Shown here in pieces: positions 39,559 to 51,646 of a stretch of DNA of 64,000 nt; within the stretch, counting starts at the first letter, position 1; the number at the start of each line of letters is the position of its first letter. The notes below the pieces were generated by a model, which searched no databases, was not told the origin of the DNA, and saw nothing but the letters and a program-made list of their open reading frames with translations. The translations under genes were made by a program, and so were the position numbers. The DNA is taken from the NCBI GenBank assembly GCA_965197475.1, contig CBDANF010000003.1, forward strand, positions 2,336,001 to 2,400,000, written 5' to 3'. The DNA comes from Candidatus Poribacteria bacterium. Lineage in GTDB: Bacteria; Poribacteria; WGA-4E; WGA-3G.

Positions 39559-41670
39559 GTGTCGGACAACAAACAGAGGGTGCCACATCGGTCAGTCCTA
39601 TCGCATACGCGAAACATCGGTATTATGGCCCATATTGACGCGGGCAAAACGACTGTAACCGAACGAGTCCTATTTTATACGGGACGGGTCTACCGTATTG
39701 GTGAGGTACACGACGGTACGAGCACAATGGACTGGATGGTGCAGGAGCAGGAACGCGGTATTACCATTACTGCTGCGGCAACTACCTGTAACTGGAAAGA
39801 TCACCAAATTAATATCATTGATACGCCAGGACATATTGACTTTACCGTTGAAGTTGAACGTTCCTTGAGAGTTCTGGATGGTGCAGTTGCTGTGTTCTGT
39901 GCAGTCGGCGGCGTTGAACCCCAATCGGAAACGGTTTGGCGGCAAGCGGATAAATATGAAATCCCTCGTATTGCGTATGTCAATAAAATGGATAGAACCG
40001 GTGCTGACTTTTTCCGAACCGTTGAAATGATGGGTGAACGTTTAGGTGCTACTGCCTTACCTATCCAACTCCCAATCGGGTCTGCCGAACAATTCAAAGG
40101 AATTGTTGACCTCATTTCAATGAAAGGACAGTTGTGGGACGAAGGAAGTCTCGGTGCTGTTATTCATGAAACCGACATCCCCGCAGAAATGGAGGAAATG
40201 GTGCATGAATACCGGGATCGGTTGTTTGCTGCAGTCGCAGAATGGGATGATGAACTCTTAGTCAAATATCTTGATGGTGTTGAGATTACGCCTGAGGAAA
40301 TTAAAGCGGGGTTGCGTCAAGCGGTACTCAGTAGTAAAGTCGTGCCAGTGCTTTGCGGAAGCGCGCTAAAAAATAAGGGCGTTCAACCACTTTTAGATGG
40401 CATTGTCTCCTATCTCCCAGCTCCAACAGATGTCAAACCGGTTGTTGGGTTTAACCCGAAAACTGAGGAAGAAGAGACGCGTCCAGCAGATAAGGACGCA
40501 CCGTTCAGTGCACTTGCATTTAAAATTGCCACCGATCCACACGTTGGAAAACTGACATACCTACGCGTCTACTCCGGTGTCCTAAACAAAGGCACCACGG
40601 TTTACAACAGCAAACGCGAAAAATTTGAACGCATCGGCAGGTTGATGCAGATGCACGCTAATAAACGCGAAGAACATCAATCTGTTAGTGCTGGTGACAT
40701 CGTTGCTGTGATCGGATTAAAAGATTTAGGCACTGGTGACACTATCTGTGATCCTAAATCACCAATTGCACTGGAAACAATGGTTTTTCCGTTACCTGTC
40801 ATGTCAGTAGCGGTTGAACCACGCTCGCAATCAGACATTGATAAGTTAAATCTTGCCCTCTCAAAATTGGCTGAGGAAGACCCGACTTTCAAAGTTCATC
40901 AAGACCCAGATACAGGACAAACGCTCCTATCCGGCATGGGTGAACTGCATCTGGAAATCATCGTGGATAGGTTAGTGAGAGAGTTTAACGTTTCCGCTAA
41001 CGTAGGTTCACCTGAAGTGGCATATCGGGAAACACTTCTGAAACCAGTAAAAGTCCAAGGTAGATTTGTACGGCAATCGGGCGGCAGAGGGCAGTTCGGA
41101 CATGTTGTTATTGAGGTTACACCTCTTGAAAAAGGTACTGGCTTTGAATTTACTGATGAAACGAAGGGTGGGGTTATCCCCCAAGAATACATCCCTGCGG
41201 TTCGAAAAGGCATCGAAAATGCAATGAATGTCGGAACTTTAGCCGGTTACCCTGTCGTTGATGTTGGTGTTCGACTTGTAGACGGTTCTTTCCATCAGGT
41301 AGATTCCTCAGAGATGGCGTTTTCGATTGCTGGTTCTATAGCGTTCAAGGAAGCTGCAAAAAAGGCAGGATCAGTATTACTTGAGCCGATCATGGAGGTT
41401 GAAGTTTTAGTCCCTGATGAGTACCTTGGGAAAGTGATTGGCGATCTTAACTCTCGACGCGCTCATATTAGAGACACAGCGGTACATGCAAAATCGCGGA
41501 TTCAAGTCGTTCAGGTAGATGTTCCGTTGTCTGAAATGTTTGGTTACGTCAAATCACTTCGTTCGCTAACACAGGGACGTGCCAACTATTCTATGGAGTT
41601 TGGACATTATAGAGAGGTTCCAGCGAGCGTTGCTGAGGATTTGATTTCAAGCACAGTATCAACATCATAA
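39559..41670 (+). CDS. fusA: Elongation factor G
   Basis: [41 protein letters not shown]. Confidence 0.98.
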   Translation: MSDNKQRVPHRSVLSHTRNIGIMAHIDAGKTTVTERVLFYTGRVYRIGEVHDGTSTMDWMVQEQERGITITAAATTCNWKDHQINIIDTPGHIDFTVEVERSLRVLDGAVAVFCAVGGVEPQSETVWRQADKYEIPRIAYVNKMDRTGADFFRTVEMMGERLGATALPIQLPIGSAEQFKGIVDLISMKGQLWDEGSLGAVIHETDIPAEMEEMVHEYRDRLFAAVAEWDDELLVKYLDGVEITPEEIKAGLRQAVLSSKVVPVLCGSALKNKGVQPLLDGIVSYLPAPTDVKPVVGFNPKTEEEETRPADKDAPFSALAFKIATDPHVGKLTYLRVYSGVLNKGTTVYNSKREKFERIGRLMQMHANKREEHQSVSAGDIVAVIGLKDLGTGDTICDPKSPIALETMVFPLPVMSVAVEPRSQSDIDKLNLALSKLAEEDPTFKVHQDPDTGQTLLSGMGELHLEIIVDRLVREFNVSANVGSPEVAYRETLLKPVKVQGRFVRQSGGRGQFGHVVIEVTPLEKGTGFEFTDETKGGVIPQEYIPAVRKGIENAMNVGTLAGYPVVDVGVRLVDGSFHQVDSSEMAFSIAGSIAFKEAAKKAGSVLLEPIMEVEVLVPDEYLGKVIGDLNSRRAHIRDTAVHAKSRIQVVQVDVPLSEMFGYVKSLRSLTQGRANYSMEFGHYREVPASVAEDLISSTVSTS

Positions 41671-41920
41671 GACCGATTGAAACATTATAGTTCGTTCGCC
41701 TTTGAGGTGATATTGAACGTTTGTTGATCATTACAAAATAAAGCGACACGCCAAAGCGATTTAATAATCGTAAGGCTATTTATGAACGTCCGAAAACATT
41801 CGGACACATTTGAAACACGTTGTGCGCCTACTATGCGCGCCTATGATAATATAGATTCAACTCAGGTAAAATGAGATTTAAAACATTTATATCTAACCTA
41901 TAATTGGAGCTCGGACAGAA

Positions 41921-43120
41921 ATGGCAAAGCAAGCTTTTGAAAGGACAAAGCCACACGTTAATATTGGCACTATTGGCCACGTTGACCATGGTAAAACAAC
42001 GCTCACAGCAGCGATTACTATGGTATTATCAAAACTCGCTGACAAAGACTATGTCATGACCTATGAGGACATTGACAAAGCACCCGAGGAAAAGGAACGT
42101 GGCATTACGATTAACACGGCTCATGTTGAATACGAGACAGAAAACCGTCACTATGCTCACGTTGACTGCCCTGGGCACGCAGACTACATCAAAAATATGA
42201 TTACGGGTGCTGCGCAGATGGATGGTGCCATTCTAGTTGTTTCCGCAGCAGATGGCCCTATGCCGCAGACACGTGAACACGTACTTCTGGCAAGGCAGGT
42301 GAACGTCCCATCCTTGGTTGTCTTTCTTAATAAGGCAGACATGGTAGATGACGAAGAACTGCTGGAACTCGTTGATCTGGAAGTCCGTGAGTTATTGACA
42401 GAATATGAGTTCCCTGGGGACGATACACCCATCATCACGGGTTCCGCTCTTGAAGCCATGGAATCTGCTGGTGATCCAACAAGTGAAAAATGTAAACCGA
42501 TCCTTGATCTCATGGCATCTGTTGATGAGTTTATTCCCCAACCGGTTCGAGATACGGAAAAACCTTTCTTGATGCCGATTGAGGATATCTTTACAATTAG
42601 TGGACGTGGAACTGTTGTCACTGGTCGTGTAGAGAGAGGCATCGTTGAAGTCGGAAATACGGTAGAAATCGTTGGGCTTCGCGAAACCATGAATACGGTT
42701 GTCACCGGTGTTGAAATGTTCAAAAAATTCCTTGACGAAGGTCGAGCAGGCGACAACATCGGAGCACTGCTGCGAGGTATTGATCGAGAAGATGTCGAAC
42801 GCGGACAAGTTTTAGCGGTTCCGGGAACGGTTAAACCCCATACCAAGTTCGAAGCAGAAGTCTATATCTTGACAAAAGAAGAAGGTGGACGTTGGAATCC
42901 ATTCTTTAATGGATATCGTCCGCAATTCTATTTCCGTACAACAGACGTTACCGGTGAAATGAATCTGGCTGAAGGTGTTGAAATGATTATGCCTGGTGAC
43001 AACGCAAAGATTACCGTTGAACTGTCGAAACCGATTGCGATGGAAGAACAACTCCGATTCGCTATCCGTGAAGGTGGACACACTATCGGAGCCGGGGTTG
43101 TCTCTAATATCCTGGACTAA
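41921..43120 (+). CDS. tuf: Elongation factor Tu
   Basis: [33 protein letters not shown]. Confidence 0.99.
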   Translation: MAKQAFERTKPHVNIGTIGHVDHGKTTLTAAITMVLSKLADKDYVMTYEDIDKAPEEKERGITINTAHVEYETENRHYAHVDCPGHADYIKNMITGAAQMDGAILVVSAADGPMPQTREHVLLARQVNVPSLVVFLNKADMVDDEELLELVDLEVRELLTEYEFPGDDTPIITGSALEAMESAGDPTSEKCKPILDLMASVDEFIPQPVRDTEKPFLMPIEDIFTISGRGTVVTGRVERGIVEVGNTVEIVGLRETMNTVVTGVEMFKKFLDEGRAGDNIGALLRGIDREDVERGQVLAVPGTVKPHTKFEAEVYILTKEEGGRWNPFFNGYRPQFYFRTTDVTGEMNLAEGVEMIMPGDNAKITVELSKPIAMEEQLRFAIREGGHTIGAGVVSNILD

Positions 43121-43299
43121 CAAGGAATGCTTTTGCAGGAACTGTTCCTCGGTTAGTTTGGCAAACAACGTGTTTATCTATCTCGAAGAAGCGTTCTTGG
43201 CTAACAGATGGTTGATTATTCAAGAACGCTTCAACAAGAAATATATTATGAATTAGCCACAAGGAAACGTACCGTTACTTTTGAAAAAGGATACAGGAT

Positions 43300-43611
43300 A
43301 TGGACAATCAAAAAATTCGCATTCGGCTCAAAGCGTTTGATCACCGTTTGCTTGACCGGTCAGCGAAACAAATTGCGGTTACCGCAAAACAAACCCAGGC
43401 GAGAGTCTCTGGTCCGATCCCGTTGCCGACAAAGAAACACATCTATACCGTTCAGCGATCAACGTTCAAGGACAAAAAGTCACGAGAACAGTTTGAAATG
43501 CGGATTCACAAACGGTTATTAGATATTCTTGAAACTGCCCCGAAGACAGTTGACGCTTTGATGCGGCTTGACCTACCTGCTGGGGTTGATGTCAAAATCA
43601 CACTACTATAG
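43300..43611 (+). CDS. rpsJ: 30S ribosomal protein S10
   Basis: [23 protein letters not shown]. Confidence 0.98.
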   Translation: MDNQKIRIRLKAFDHRLLDRSAKQIAVTAKQTQARVSGPIPLPTKKHIYTVQRSTFKDKKSREQFEMRIHKRLLDILETAPKTVDALMRLDLPAGVDVKITLL

Positions 43612-43623
43612 AGAGGTTGAGAC

Positions 43624-44280
43624 ATGGTTAACGGAATTATTGGCAGAAAAGTTGGAATGACCCAAATATTTGAAGACACTGGAATAGTTATTCCGGTCAC
43701 TGTTATTGAAGTCGGTCCTTGTCCAATTGTTCAAGTGAAAACGCAGGAACGTGATGGGTATCAAGCAGTTCAGTTAGGGTTCGGCAAACGGAAAGAAAAC
43801 AAGTTTAACAGTCCAAAACGAGGACATTTTGCCAAAGCAGAGGTGTCCCCTACACAAGTACTCCGGGAATTTCGGGTAGATAGTCTTGATGACGTGTCTG
43901 TCGGCGATACAGTTGATGCAAGTTTATTTTCAGAAGGCGAACTCGTGGATGTAACCGGCACTTCCAAAGGACACGGGTTCACCGGTGTTGTGAAACGTTG
44001 GGGATTTGCTGGCGGTAGAAAAAGTCATGGCGGTGAACAAGACCTGCGTCGTGCGGGTTCTATTGGCGCAAGTGCTACACCATCTCGTGTTTTTAAGGGA
44101 AAGAAGATGCCTGGACGTTACGGTGCCAAACGACACACTGTCCAAAATTTACGAGTTATCCAAGCCGACGCTGAGCGAAATTTGTTAGTTGTTAAAGGAG
44201 CGATTCCAGGACCGCCAAACGGACTCCTGCTAATTAGGAAAGCTATCAAGGCTTCTGGAACGGACAATACTGAAGACTAA
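43624..44280 (+). CDS. rplC: 50S ribosomal protein L3
   Basis: GRKVGMTQ, DGYQAVQ, SKGHGFTG, KGAIPG. Confidence 0.98.
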   Translation: MVNGIIGRKVGMTQIFEDTGIVIPVTVIEVGPCPIVQVKTQERDGYQAVQLGFGKRKENKFNSPKRGHFAKAEVSPTQVLREFRVDSLDDVSVGDTVDASLFSEGELVDVTGTSKGHGFTGVVKRWGFAGGRKSHGGEQDLRRAGSIGASATPSRVFKGKKMPGRYGAKRHTVQNLRVIQADAERNLLVVKGAIPGPPNGLLLIRKAIKASGTDNTED

Positions 44281-44375
44281 CTTGGTGGATAATCATTTCC
44301 TTCAACCCCAGCGACTTTGAGAGAAGAGCAGGGTAATTCATGCCAAGTTCAGTAAATCGGAGAAATATAAAAGAT

Positions 44376-45011
44376 ATGGCAACTTTAAACGTACACAATC
44401 GTTCAGGAGAAGTGCTTCACGAGAAAAACCTTGCTGACTCGTTTACACATGCTGAGGTAAATACTGCTGTTGTTCACCAATGTGTGGTAGCTTATCTTGC
44501 TAACCAGAGACGCGGCACAGCTTCAACGAAAAGTCGTAGTGAAGTCAGAGGAAGTGGTAGGAAATTGCACCGCCAAAAAGGAACAGGTAGAGCGCGTGTA
44601 GGTGATGCAAGGTCACCGATTCGCGTACATGGCGGTGTCGCATTTGGCCCGAAACCCCGCAGTTATCGTCAGTACACCCCTAAGCAGGTACGCCGCCTCG
44701 GTTTAAAAAGTGCTCTCGCTGATCGGTTTCAGAATGATCAGTGTGTGCTGATTGAAGATTTTACACTTGAACGTCCGCATACAAAAGAGATTGTCTTACT
44801 CTTAAACGCATTGAACTTGGAAGGAAAAGTGTTGTTCGTTCTTGATGAACACAATCCGAATATCTATCTCTCCCTACGAAATATCCCAAAGGTCAACAGC
44901 TGCACCTGGGATATGCTCAATATATACCAAGTCCTGTGGCATGACAAACTTGTCATCACTGAACGCGCTGCAGAAAAATTGGAAACTAAATTTATAGGTT
45001 CAGAAGGTTAA
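44376..45011 (+). CDS. rplD: 50S ribosomal protein L4
   Basis: GTASTKSRSEV.G.GRK..RQKGTGRAR, GGVAFGPKPR. Confidence 0.98.
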   Translation: MATLNVHNRSGEVLHEKNLADSFTHAEVNTAVVHQCVVAYLANQRRGTASTKSRSEVRGSGRKLHRQKGTGRARVGDARSPIRVHGGVAFGPKPRSYRQYTPKQVRRLGLKSALADRFQNDQCVLIEDFTLERPHTKEIVLLLNALNLEGKVLFVLDEHNPNIYLSLRNIPKVNSCTWDMLNIYQVLWHDKLVITERAAEKLETKFIGSEG

Positions 45012-45014
45012 CTT

Positions 45015-45314
45015 ATGAAAGATAAATACCAAATTATTTTGAGACCTCATATCACAGAAAAAAGCACGATGCTCCGAGAGGATAATAAATACTCGTTCGT
45101 TGTGAGTCAAAACGCAACGAAAAAGGATATTCGCCGTGCTGCCGAGGAGATGTTTGACATTCAGGGAAGTATCATTAACGTTCATACGATGCGAGTCCGA
45201 GGCAAAATCAAAGGGAAAATGAATCGCTACCAACGTGGTCGTCGTTCCCATTGGAAAAAAGCTGTTATCACTGTAGAAGAAGGGACTCGGATCCCTGTTT
45301 TTGAGAGTATTTAA
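45015..45314 (+). CDS. rplW: 50S ribosomal protein L23
   Basis: P.ITEKS, WKKAVIT. Confidence 0.97.
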   Translation: MKDKYQIILRPHITEKSTMLREDNKYSFVVSQNATKKDIRRAAEEMFDIQGSIINVHTMRVRGKIKGKMNRYQRGRRSHWKKAVITVEEGTRIPVFESI

Positions 45315-45401
45315 ATTTGATAATCTGTTTTCGTTCATGTTCTGTGCCGCGTGCTTATCACCGAGCCGCATGAAAGAATGTTTCTACGAGAGGAATTGAG
45401 A

Positions 45402-46217
45402 GTGGCTAAAACATATAAACCTGTCACACCGAGTCGTCGGTTCATGACCGGATATACCTTTGAAGAGATTACACGTCAGAAACCTGAGAAATCACTTATC
45501 AAAGGCACCAAGAAAAATGCGGGACGTAACAGCAAAGGTCGTATAACAGTGCGCCGGCGAGGTGGTGGACACAAACGCCGATATCGCGTTATTGATTTCA
45601 AGCGAGATAAATTTGGTGTTCCAGCGAAGGTTGCTGCAATTGAGTATGACCCAAACCGTTCTGCACATATCGCTTTGCTACGCTATGCAGATGGTGAAAA
45701 GCGTTATATCATCGCACCTCTCGGGCTTCGGGTTGGTGATAGTGTTACATCCGGACCAAACGCAGAAATACAGGTCGGAAATGCCTTACCCCTTGAAAAT
45801 ATTCCGTTGGGGTCTTCAATACATAATATAGAGATGCAACCGGGTAAAGGTGGGCAACTCGTTCGGAGTGCTGGCGGAGCGGCACAGTTGGTTGACCGTG
45901 AAGGTAAATATGCACGTATCCGTCTGCCTTCAGGCGAAATTCGACTTGTTCTAGTAAAGGCAATGGCAACTATAGGACAGGTCGGAAATGCTACCACTAT
46001 CGTCATCGGTAAGGCTGGGCGTTCAAGATGGTTAGGAAAACGTCCAAAAGTTCGAGGTGTAGCAATGAATCCCGTTGACCATCCGCATGGCGGTGGGGAA
46101 GGTAAAAGTTCTGGTGGAAGACATCCAGTTACACCTTGGGGTGTGCCGACGAAAGGGTATAAGACGCGAAATCCCAAAAAGAAATCCAGTCAGTATATTA
46201 TGGGGAAGCGTAAATAG
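45402..46217 (+). CDS. rplB: 50S ribosomal protein L2
   Basis: [37 protein letters not shown]. Confidence 0.98.
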   Translation: MAKTYKPVTPSRRFMTGYTFEEITRQKPEKSLIKGTKKNAGRNSKGRITVRRRGGGHKRRYRVIDFKRDKFGVPAKVAAIEYDPNRSAHIALLRYADGEKRYIIAPLGLRVGDSVTSGPNAEIQVGNALPLENIPLGSSIHNIEMQPGKGGQLVRSAGGAAQLVDREGKYARIRLPSGEIRLVLVKAMATIGQVGNATTIVIGKAGRSRWLGKRPKVRGVAMNPVDHPHGGGEGKSSGGRHPVTPWGVPTKGYKTRNPKKKSSQYIMGKRK

Positions 46218-46269
46218 GGTTTTCACAACTTATCTTTTCAAACACAGTCGCAGCTAAAAGGAGAATCCA

Positions 46270-46539
46270 ATGTCGCGTTCTATAAAAAAAGGACCTTACG
46301 TTGACGCAAAACTTGCGAAACATATAGCAGAAATGGAACAATCGGGTAGTAAACGTGTCATTCGAACGTGGGCTCGAAGTTCTACGATTACACCGGAATT
46401 TGTTGGACATACCGTCGCAATTCACAATGGGAAGAAGTTTTTTCCGGTTTATATCACTGAAAATATGGTTGGTCATAAACTCGGTGAATTCGCGCCGACT
46501 CGGACTTTCCGTTCTCACGCTGGCGGTGCAAGAAGATAA
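46270..46539 (+). CDS. rpsS: 30S ribosomal protein S19
   Basis: [20 protein letters not shown]. Confidence 0.98.
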   Translation: MSRSIKKGPYVDAKLAKHIAEMEQSGSKRVIRTWARSSTITPEFVGHTVAIHNGKKFFPVYITENMVGHKLGEFAPTRTFRSHAGGARR

Positions 46540-46676
46540 TTTTATATATTGTGGTTAATATCAGAATTAAGTGCTTCTTTCATTTGGGCACTTGTTGTTC
46601 TGAAAAGTTGTTAAGAGTAATATAAAGCAAGACATAGCACATTGGCTTGTGCCAAAAGTTTTGTTAGGAGAAACTG

Positions 46677-47027
46677 ATGGAAGGAAGGGCAAAGATTCGG
46701 AACGTTTCGGTAGCACCGCGGAAAGCCCGCCTTGTTGCCGACTTGGTTAGGAATCAATATGTTGACGATGCGCTGAATCAACTGCTCTTTACACATAAAG
46801 CGGCAGCCCCTGTGATTTACAAGCTGATCCAATCCGCCGCATCGAATGTCCAATACCAAGAACCTGCTGTGGATACCGCTAATTTGTACGTCAAAGAGAT
46901 TCGTGTTGATGAAGGAATTACACGAAAATGGATACGTCCCCGCGCACGGGGTATGGCAAATCGTATTTTAAAACGCCAAAGTCATATCACTGTTGTTGTA
47001 GATGAGGAGAACAAAGATGATGGTTAG
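46677..47027 (+). CDS. rplV: 50S ribosomal protein L22
   Basis: PRKARLVADLVR, PRARG.A..I.KR.SHIT. Confidence 0.98.
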   Translation: MEGRAKIRNVSVAPRKARLVADLVRNQYVDDALNQLLFTHKAAAPVIYKLIQSAASNVQYQEPAVDTANLYVKEIRVDEGITRKWIRPRARGMANRILKRQSHITVVVDEENKDDG

Positions 47028-47090
47028 TAATCAATGCCATCCCATGCCCTCCGAAACAACAAATCGGGTAGTGTCCAACAGGAGGTTTGT

Positions 47091-47915
47091 GTGGGACAAA
47101 AAACTCACCCGCGTGGGTTACGCTTAGGAATAATTGAGACGTGGGATTCAAAGTGGTATAGCGACCGAGATTATGCAAAATGGTTGCACGAAGATTTTCA
47201 GATTCAGCGATACATCAAGGAGAAGTTACTACGCGCTGGAATCTCAAAAATTGAAGTTGAACGCGTTGCTGAAAAATGCAGTATTAATATACATACCGCT
47301 CGCCCTGGAATCGTGATCGGGCGTAGAGGCGTAGAAACAGAGAAATTACAGGCGGAACTTGAAAAACTTATTGGTCGACCTGTCAAAATTGAGGTCTTTG
47401 AGATAAAAGTTCCCGAACTTGATGCCCAACTCCTCGCTGAAGCTGTGGCAACCCAAATTGAACGCCGTACCAGTTTTAAGCAAGCGATGCGTAAGAATAT
47501 CGCTGTCTCAATGCAAGCTGGCGCACAAGGTGTTAAAGTTATGGTCAGTGGTAGACTTGATGGAAAAGAGATCGCACGATCAGAATCCAGTCTGGAAGGA
47601 AGGGTCCCCTTACACACCCTCAGAGCAAACATTGATTACGGGTTTACTGAAGCAAATACAACTTACGGGAAAATCGGTGTCAAAACTTGGATTTTCAAAG
47701 GTGAAATCCTCGGTGTACCTGAAGCATTGAGTGGGGAAACAGTAAATCGCCGCCAACAGGGCGGGAGGCGCAGCAATACAAGTGATTCGCGTGCCGACAA
47801 CCGACAAGGTGGCAATCGACAAAGTGGCAATCGTTCACCGTCACGCAGGCAGCGAGACCAAGGACGTAATAGGCGCAGACAACAAAGAGATAACGATGGG
47901 CAGAATCGAAACTAA
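47091..47915 (+). CDS. rpsC: 30S ribosomal protein S3 with long R/Q/N-rich C-terminal tail
   Basis: GQKTHP.G.RLG, RPGIVIG, GRVPLHTLRA.IDY. Confidence 0.98.
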   Translation: MGQKTHPRGLRLGIIETWDSKWYSDRDYAKWLHEDFQIQRYIKEKLLRAGISKIEVERVAEKCSINIHTARPGIVIGRRGVETEKLQAELEKLIGRPVKIEVFEIKVPELDAQLLAEAVATQIERRTSFKQAMRKNIAVSMQAGAQGVKVMVSGRLDGKEIARSESSLEGRVPLHTLRANIDYGFTEANTTYGKIGVKTWIFKGEILGVPEALSGETVNRRQQGGRRSNTSDSRADNRQGGNRQSGNRSPSRRQRDQGRNRRRQQRDNDGQNRN

Positions 47916-47969
47916 CGCAATTCGAAACTTTTGTTCGTGCTTTTACAACTGATTTAAGGAGTGATTCAA

Positions 47970-48383
47970 ATGTTGATGCCGAAACGTGTTATGCACCGAA
48001 AGGTACATCGAGGCAAACGTAGAGGAAAACCGCGTAGAGGTTCACAGATTAGCTTCGGCGAATATGGGTTACAAGCAATGGAAGCCGGTTGGATAACAAG
48101 CAACCAAATTGAATCTGGAAGGGTAGCAATCACTCGAGCTGTCCGACGTGGCGGAAAAATGTGGATCAAGATCTTCCCACATAAACCGATCACCAAAAAA
48201 CCCGCTGAAACTCGGATGGGAGGTGGAAAGGGATCCCCGGAATTTTGGGTCGCTGTTGTTAAACCTGGACGCATCATATACGAGTTAAGTGGCGTATCCC
48301 GTGAAGTCGCCAAAGGCGCAATGGAACGTGCCTCACACAAATTTCCCATTAAGACGAAATTCGTTGTGCGGGATGAGGTATAG
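47970..48383 (+). CDS. rplP: 50S ribosomal protein L16
   Basis: MLMPKR, ETRMG.GKG. Confidence 0.98.
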   Translation: MLMPKRVMHRKVHRGKRRGKPRRGSQISFGEYGLQAMEAGWITSNQIESGRVAITRAVRRGGKMWIKIFPHKPITKKPAETRMGGGKGSPEFWVAVVKPGRIIYELSGVSREVAKGAMERASHKFPIKTKFVVRDEV

Positions 48384-48385
48384 TT

Positions 48386-48586
48386 ATGAAAGCTCACGAG
48401 TTACGAACCAGATCTACTGAAGAATTGGCAAATGAACTAGAATCTCTTAAAGAGAATCTTTTTAACCAAAGAGCCAGAAGTATTCTGGGGCAATTGGAAG
48501 ACACAACTCTTCCCGGAAAAATTCGAAAGGACATCGCACGGGTGAAAACCGTTCTACGTGCTCGAGAATTGGAAACCCAGGATTAG
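48386..48586 (+). CDS. rpmC: 50S ribosomal protein L29
   Basis: MKA.ELR, RKDIARVKT. Confidence 0.96.
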   Translation: MKAHELRTRSTEELANELESLKENLFNQRARSILGQLEDTTLPGKIRKDIARVKTVLRARELETQD

Positions 48587-48721
48587 AAGGCTGAGAGAAG
48601 ACTATACAGCGCGATTCGCATTACTTCAACGCTTACAAAACACATCTTCACATAAACAGTAAAGCGTTTAGTATACACATAGTCTTATACCAACATGTCC
48701 CTCAAAAAGGATAAATTGAAC

Positions 48722-48991
48722 GTGGAAAAACGAAGACACCGAAAAATCCGAACAGGCACGGTCGTCAGCAATCGCATGGAAAAAACTGTGTCCGTGGCAA
48801 TTGTACGGAGTTTTCAACACCCTCTTTACAAAAAAGTTGTGCGTACTACGAAAAAGATTCTTGCGCATGACGAACAGAGTAATTGTAACGTTGGGGATGT
48901 TGTACAGGTGATCGAAAGCCGCCCGATTAGTCGTCATAAACGTTGGCGGGTGCAATCTATAATATCAGCGGCACAGTCTGCCACTGATTAA
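48722..48991 (+). CDS. rpsQ: 30S ribosomal protein S17
   Basis: G.VVS..MEKT, HPLYKK, AHDE, ESRPIS..KRW. Confidence 0.97.
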   Translation: MEKRRHRKIRTGTVVSNRMEKTVSVAIVRSFQHPLYKKVVRTTKKILAHDEQSNCNVGDVVQVIESRPISRHKRWRVQSIISAAQSATD

Positions 48992-49011
48992 TTGGGAAGG
49001 AAGGTACGGCA

Positions 49012-49383
49012 ATGGTTCAATCTTATACTCGATTAACCTGTGCTGATAATTCAGGCGCCAAAAATCTAATGTGTATTAGCGTACTTGGAGGAACCCGGAG
49101 ACGCTATGCAAGGGTTGGTGATATAATTGTGGCGAGCATCAAAGAGGCAACACCGAATACACAGGTCAAAGCAGGTGCAGTTGTTCGTGCCGTTGTTGTT
49201 CGGACTGCTAAAGAATATCGCCGTCCTGATGGTTCTTATATTAAGTTTGATCAGAATGCAGCAGTTCTCCTTAAACCCGACGATAACGATCCAATGGGAA
49301 CACGCATTTTTGGACCGGTCGGTCGTGAACTCCGAGAAAAAGAGTTCGCGAAAATTGTTTCACTTGCTCCTGAGGTGATTTAA
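49012..49383 (+). CDS. rplN: 50S ribosomal protein L14
   Basis: [25 protein letters not shown]. Confidence 0.98.
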   Translation: MVQSYTRLTCADNSGAKNLMCISVLGGTRRRYARVGDIIVASIKEATPNTQVKAGAVVRAVVVRTAKEYRRPDGSYIKFDQNAAVLLKPDDNDPMGTRIFGPVGRELREKEFAKIVSLAPEVI

Positions 49384-49393
49384 GAGGTGAATT

Positions 49394-49627
49394 ATGTCTA
49401 AGAAAAAGCTGCATATCAAAAAAGATGACTTAGTGTTGGTCTTGAGTGGTCAAGACCGCGGTAAACAAGGCATCGTGTTAGAAGTGATTCCAAAGAAAAA
49501 TAGAGCTGTGGTTGAAGGTATTCATTTCGTGAAACGGCACCTCCGCCCCAATCAAATGGGGCAAGGTGGCATTGTTGAACGCGAAGGCACCATTCACATC
49601 TCTAACTTGAAAAAAGTTGAAAGATAG
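49394..49627 (+). CDS. rplX: 50S ribosomal protein L24 (short form)
   Basis: IKK.D.V.V..G.D.GK.G, HISN. Confidence 0.95.
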   Translation: MSKKKLHIKKDDLVLVLSGQDRGKQGIVLEVIPKKNRAVVEGIHFVKRHLRPNQMGQGGIVEREGTIHISNLKKVER

Positions 49628-49725
49628 ATTTTATTACTTATTGGAAATATCAGATTTTTCAACTCCGTTTACGGATTTTGTGAAAAATTAACAATATAAC
49701 CAGCATGTTATAGGATACAAGGCTG

Positions 49726-50289
49726 ATGAGTCAATTTAAAGCATTTTATCAAACAGAAGTTGTTCCTGCATTACAGAAAGAGTTTAATTACAAAAATGTA
49801 ATGCAGATTCCAAAATTGGAAAAAGTTGCGCTAAATATCGGGGTAGGTGAAGCGTTGCAAAACCCGAAGGCACTTGAAGATGCTGTTGAAGAGTTGACAC
49901 GTATTACAGGTCAACGCGCGATCATTACTCGTGCAAGAAAATCCATCTCCGCCTTCAAAATTAGAGGCCCGTCTAAGAAAGCACGTACGCCCGGTTCGGC
50001 AATTGGATGCAAAGTTACACTCCGCCAAAATCGGATGTACGAATTTCTCAACCGCTTAATTAACGTTGTTCTACCTCAAATTCGAGATTTCCGAGGTGTT
50101 TCACCCGACGCTTTTGACGGTCGTGGGAACTACTCGTTAGGTTTAACCGAGCAACTCATCTTTCCAGAAATCGATTATGACGACGTGAACGATATCCGTG
50201 GTATGAATGTGACGGTAGTGACATCTGCTAAAACCGATGAAGAAGCACGGGCGTTGTTACGTGAACTCGGCTTGCCTTTTCGCAAGTAA
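49726..50289 (+). CDS. rplE: 50S ribosomal protein L5
   Basis: [35 protein letters not shown]. Confidence 0.98.
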   Translation: MSQFKAFYQTEVVPALQKEFNYKNVMQIPKLEKVALNIGVGEALQNPKALEDAVEELTRITGQRAIITRARKSISAFKIRGPSKKARTPGSAIGCKVTLRQNRMYEFLNRLINVVLPQIRDFRGVSPDAFDGRGNYSLGLTEQLIFPEIDYDDVNDIRGMNVTVVTSAKTDEEARALLRELGLPFRK

Positions 50290-50345
50290 CACGTTATATT
50301 TTTTGCAGTTAGCACGAGTAATTAACCATCAAAGGAGTACTTAAG

Positions 50346-50531
50346 TTGGCAAGTAAATCATGGATTGCCAGAAATAAAAAGACCCCTCGGTTCCGGACGC
50401 GGAAATATAACCGTTGCAAGACTTGTGGGCGTGCGCGAGGGTACCTGCGTAAGTTTGAATTATGTCGTATTTGCTTTCGCCTCTTTGCGCGAGCAGGGAA
50501 AATCCCTGGTGTCAGAAAGGCGAGTTGGTAA
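50346..50531 (+). CDS. rpsN: 30S ribosomal protein S14, zinc-binding type
   Basis: RCKTCGR...LCRICFR...IPGVRKASW. Confidence 0.96.
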   Translation: MASKSWIARNKKTPRFRTRKYNRCKTCGRARGYLRKFELCRICFRLFARAGKIPGVRKASW

Positions 50532-50544
50532 GAAGGAGGTTTTC

Positions 50545-50946
50545 ATGTCAATGACTGACCCGATCGCAGATATGTTAACGCGAATCCGTAACGCTAATAT
50601 GGCTGGACATGAGCGCGTTGAGATGTCTGCGTCCAAGGTTAAATTGGAGATTGCCCGTATCCTTTCTGAAGAAGGGTTTGTCCGAAACTACCGTTTAATT
50701 GAGGACGAAAAACAGGGAATTGTACGTATATATCTGAAATACGGCGCAAATAACAAAGAAAAAGCTATTACTAATCTCAAGCGAATCAGCAAACCTGGAA
50801 GACGCGTTTACGCAAAGTCAGACAAGTTACCGCGGGTTTTAGGTAACCTCGGGATTGCTATTCTGTCGACATCGCATGGGGTCAAAACCTCAATTGAGTG
50901 CCGACGCGCAAAAATTGGCGGTGAAGTTCTCTGTTATATCTGGTAA
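50545..50946 (+). CDS. rpsH: 30S ribosomal protein S8
   Basis: [29 protein letters not shown]. Confidence 0.98.
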   Translation: MSMTDPIADMLTRIRNANMAGHERVEMSASKVKLEIARILSEEGFVRNYRLIEDEKQGIVRIYLKYGANNKEKAITNLKRISKPGRRVYAKSDKLPRVLGNLGIAILSTSHGVKTSIECRRAKIGGEVLCYIW

Positions 50947-51005
50947 TCAAGTACTGAGGACTGCACAGCATACCCGCAAGTTCAAATGTAGATTGGAGAA
51001 ATAGA

Positions 51006-51572
51006 ATGTCACGCATTGGACAAATTCCAATTCCAATTCCGAGTTCGGTGAAAGTTGCTTTCAACGACAGTGAGGTACAGGTAGAGGGTCCCAAAGGCAA
51101 ATTGAATTGGATGATCCCACAAGGAATTGATGCAAGTATTGAAGAAGACGTTATCACAGTTACACGCGCGAGCGATAAGAAACAACAAAAAGCACTACAC
51201 GGTTTAGCACGCAGCCTCATCGCCAATATGGTGGTAGGTGTTTCGGAAGGCTTTGAGAAAACATTACGCGTCGTTGGAATAGGATACCGAGCTGAAGTTA
51301 ATCGCCAGAATGTTTTGACCCTTGATGTTGGATATTCACATTCTGTAACCTTCACGCCTCCTGAAGGAATCACACTGGCTGTTGATTCTCCGGAGAATAT
51401 AGATGGACAGACGCACACTCCTATTGTAGTGAGTGGGATTGATAAGCAAGTCGTGGGACAAGTCGCTGCCTCTATCCGTCAAATTAAAAAACCTGACACC
51501 TATAAACCTTGTAAAGGTATCCGGTACGATGGTGAGCGTGTCCGCGACAAAGAAGGAAAGGTTGCTGGCTAA
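51006..51572 (+). CDS. rplF: 50S ribosomal protein L6
   Basis: MSRIG, GPKG.L, G.GYRA, GYSH, KGIRY. Confidence 0.98.
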   Translation: MSRIGQIPIPIPSSVKVAFNDSEVQVEGPKGKLNWMIPQGIDASIEEDVITVTRASDKKQQKALHGLARSLIANMVVGVSEGFEKTLRVVGIGYRAEVNRQNVLTLDVGYSHSVTFTPPEGITLAVDSPENIDGQTHTPIVVSGIDKQVVGQVAASIRQIKKPDTYKPCKGIRYDGERVRDKEGKVAG

Positions 51573-51646
51573 TTAATTACCGAGAGGTACTATAGGCAGC
51601 TCGTTACCAGTATTGTTGTAGTATTTTAGATGCGGGAGGACATCCG

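Noticed and set aside
42184-42846. Long antisense ORFs over tuf, fusA, rplB, rplF and others
   Set aside because: Typical antisense shadows of highly expressed genes, with no RBS or recognisable motifs.
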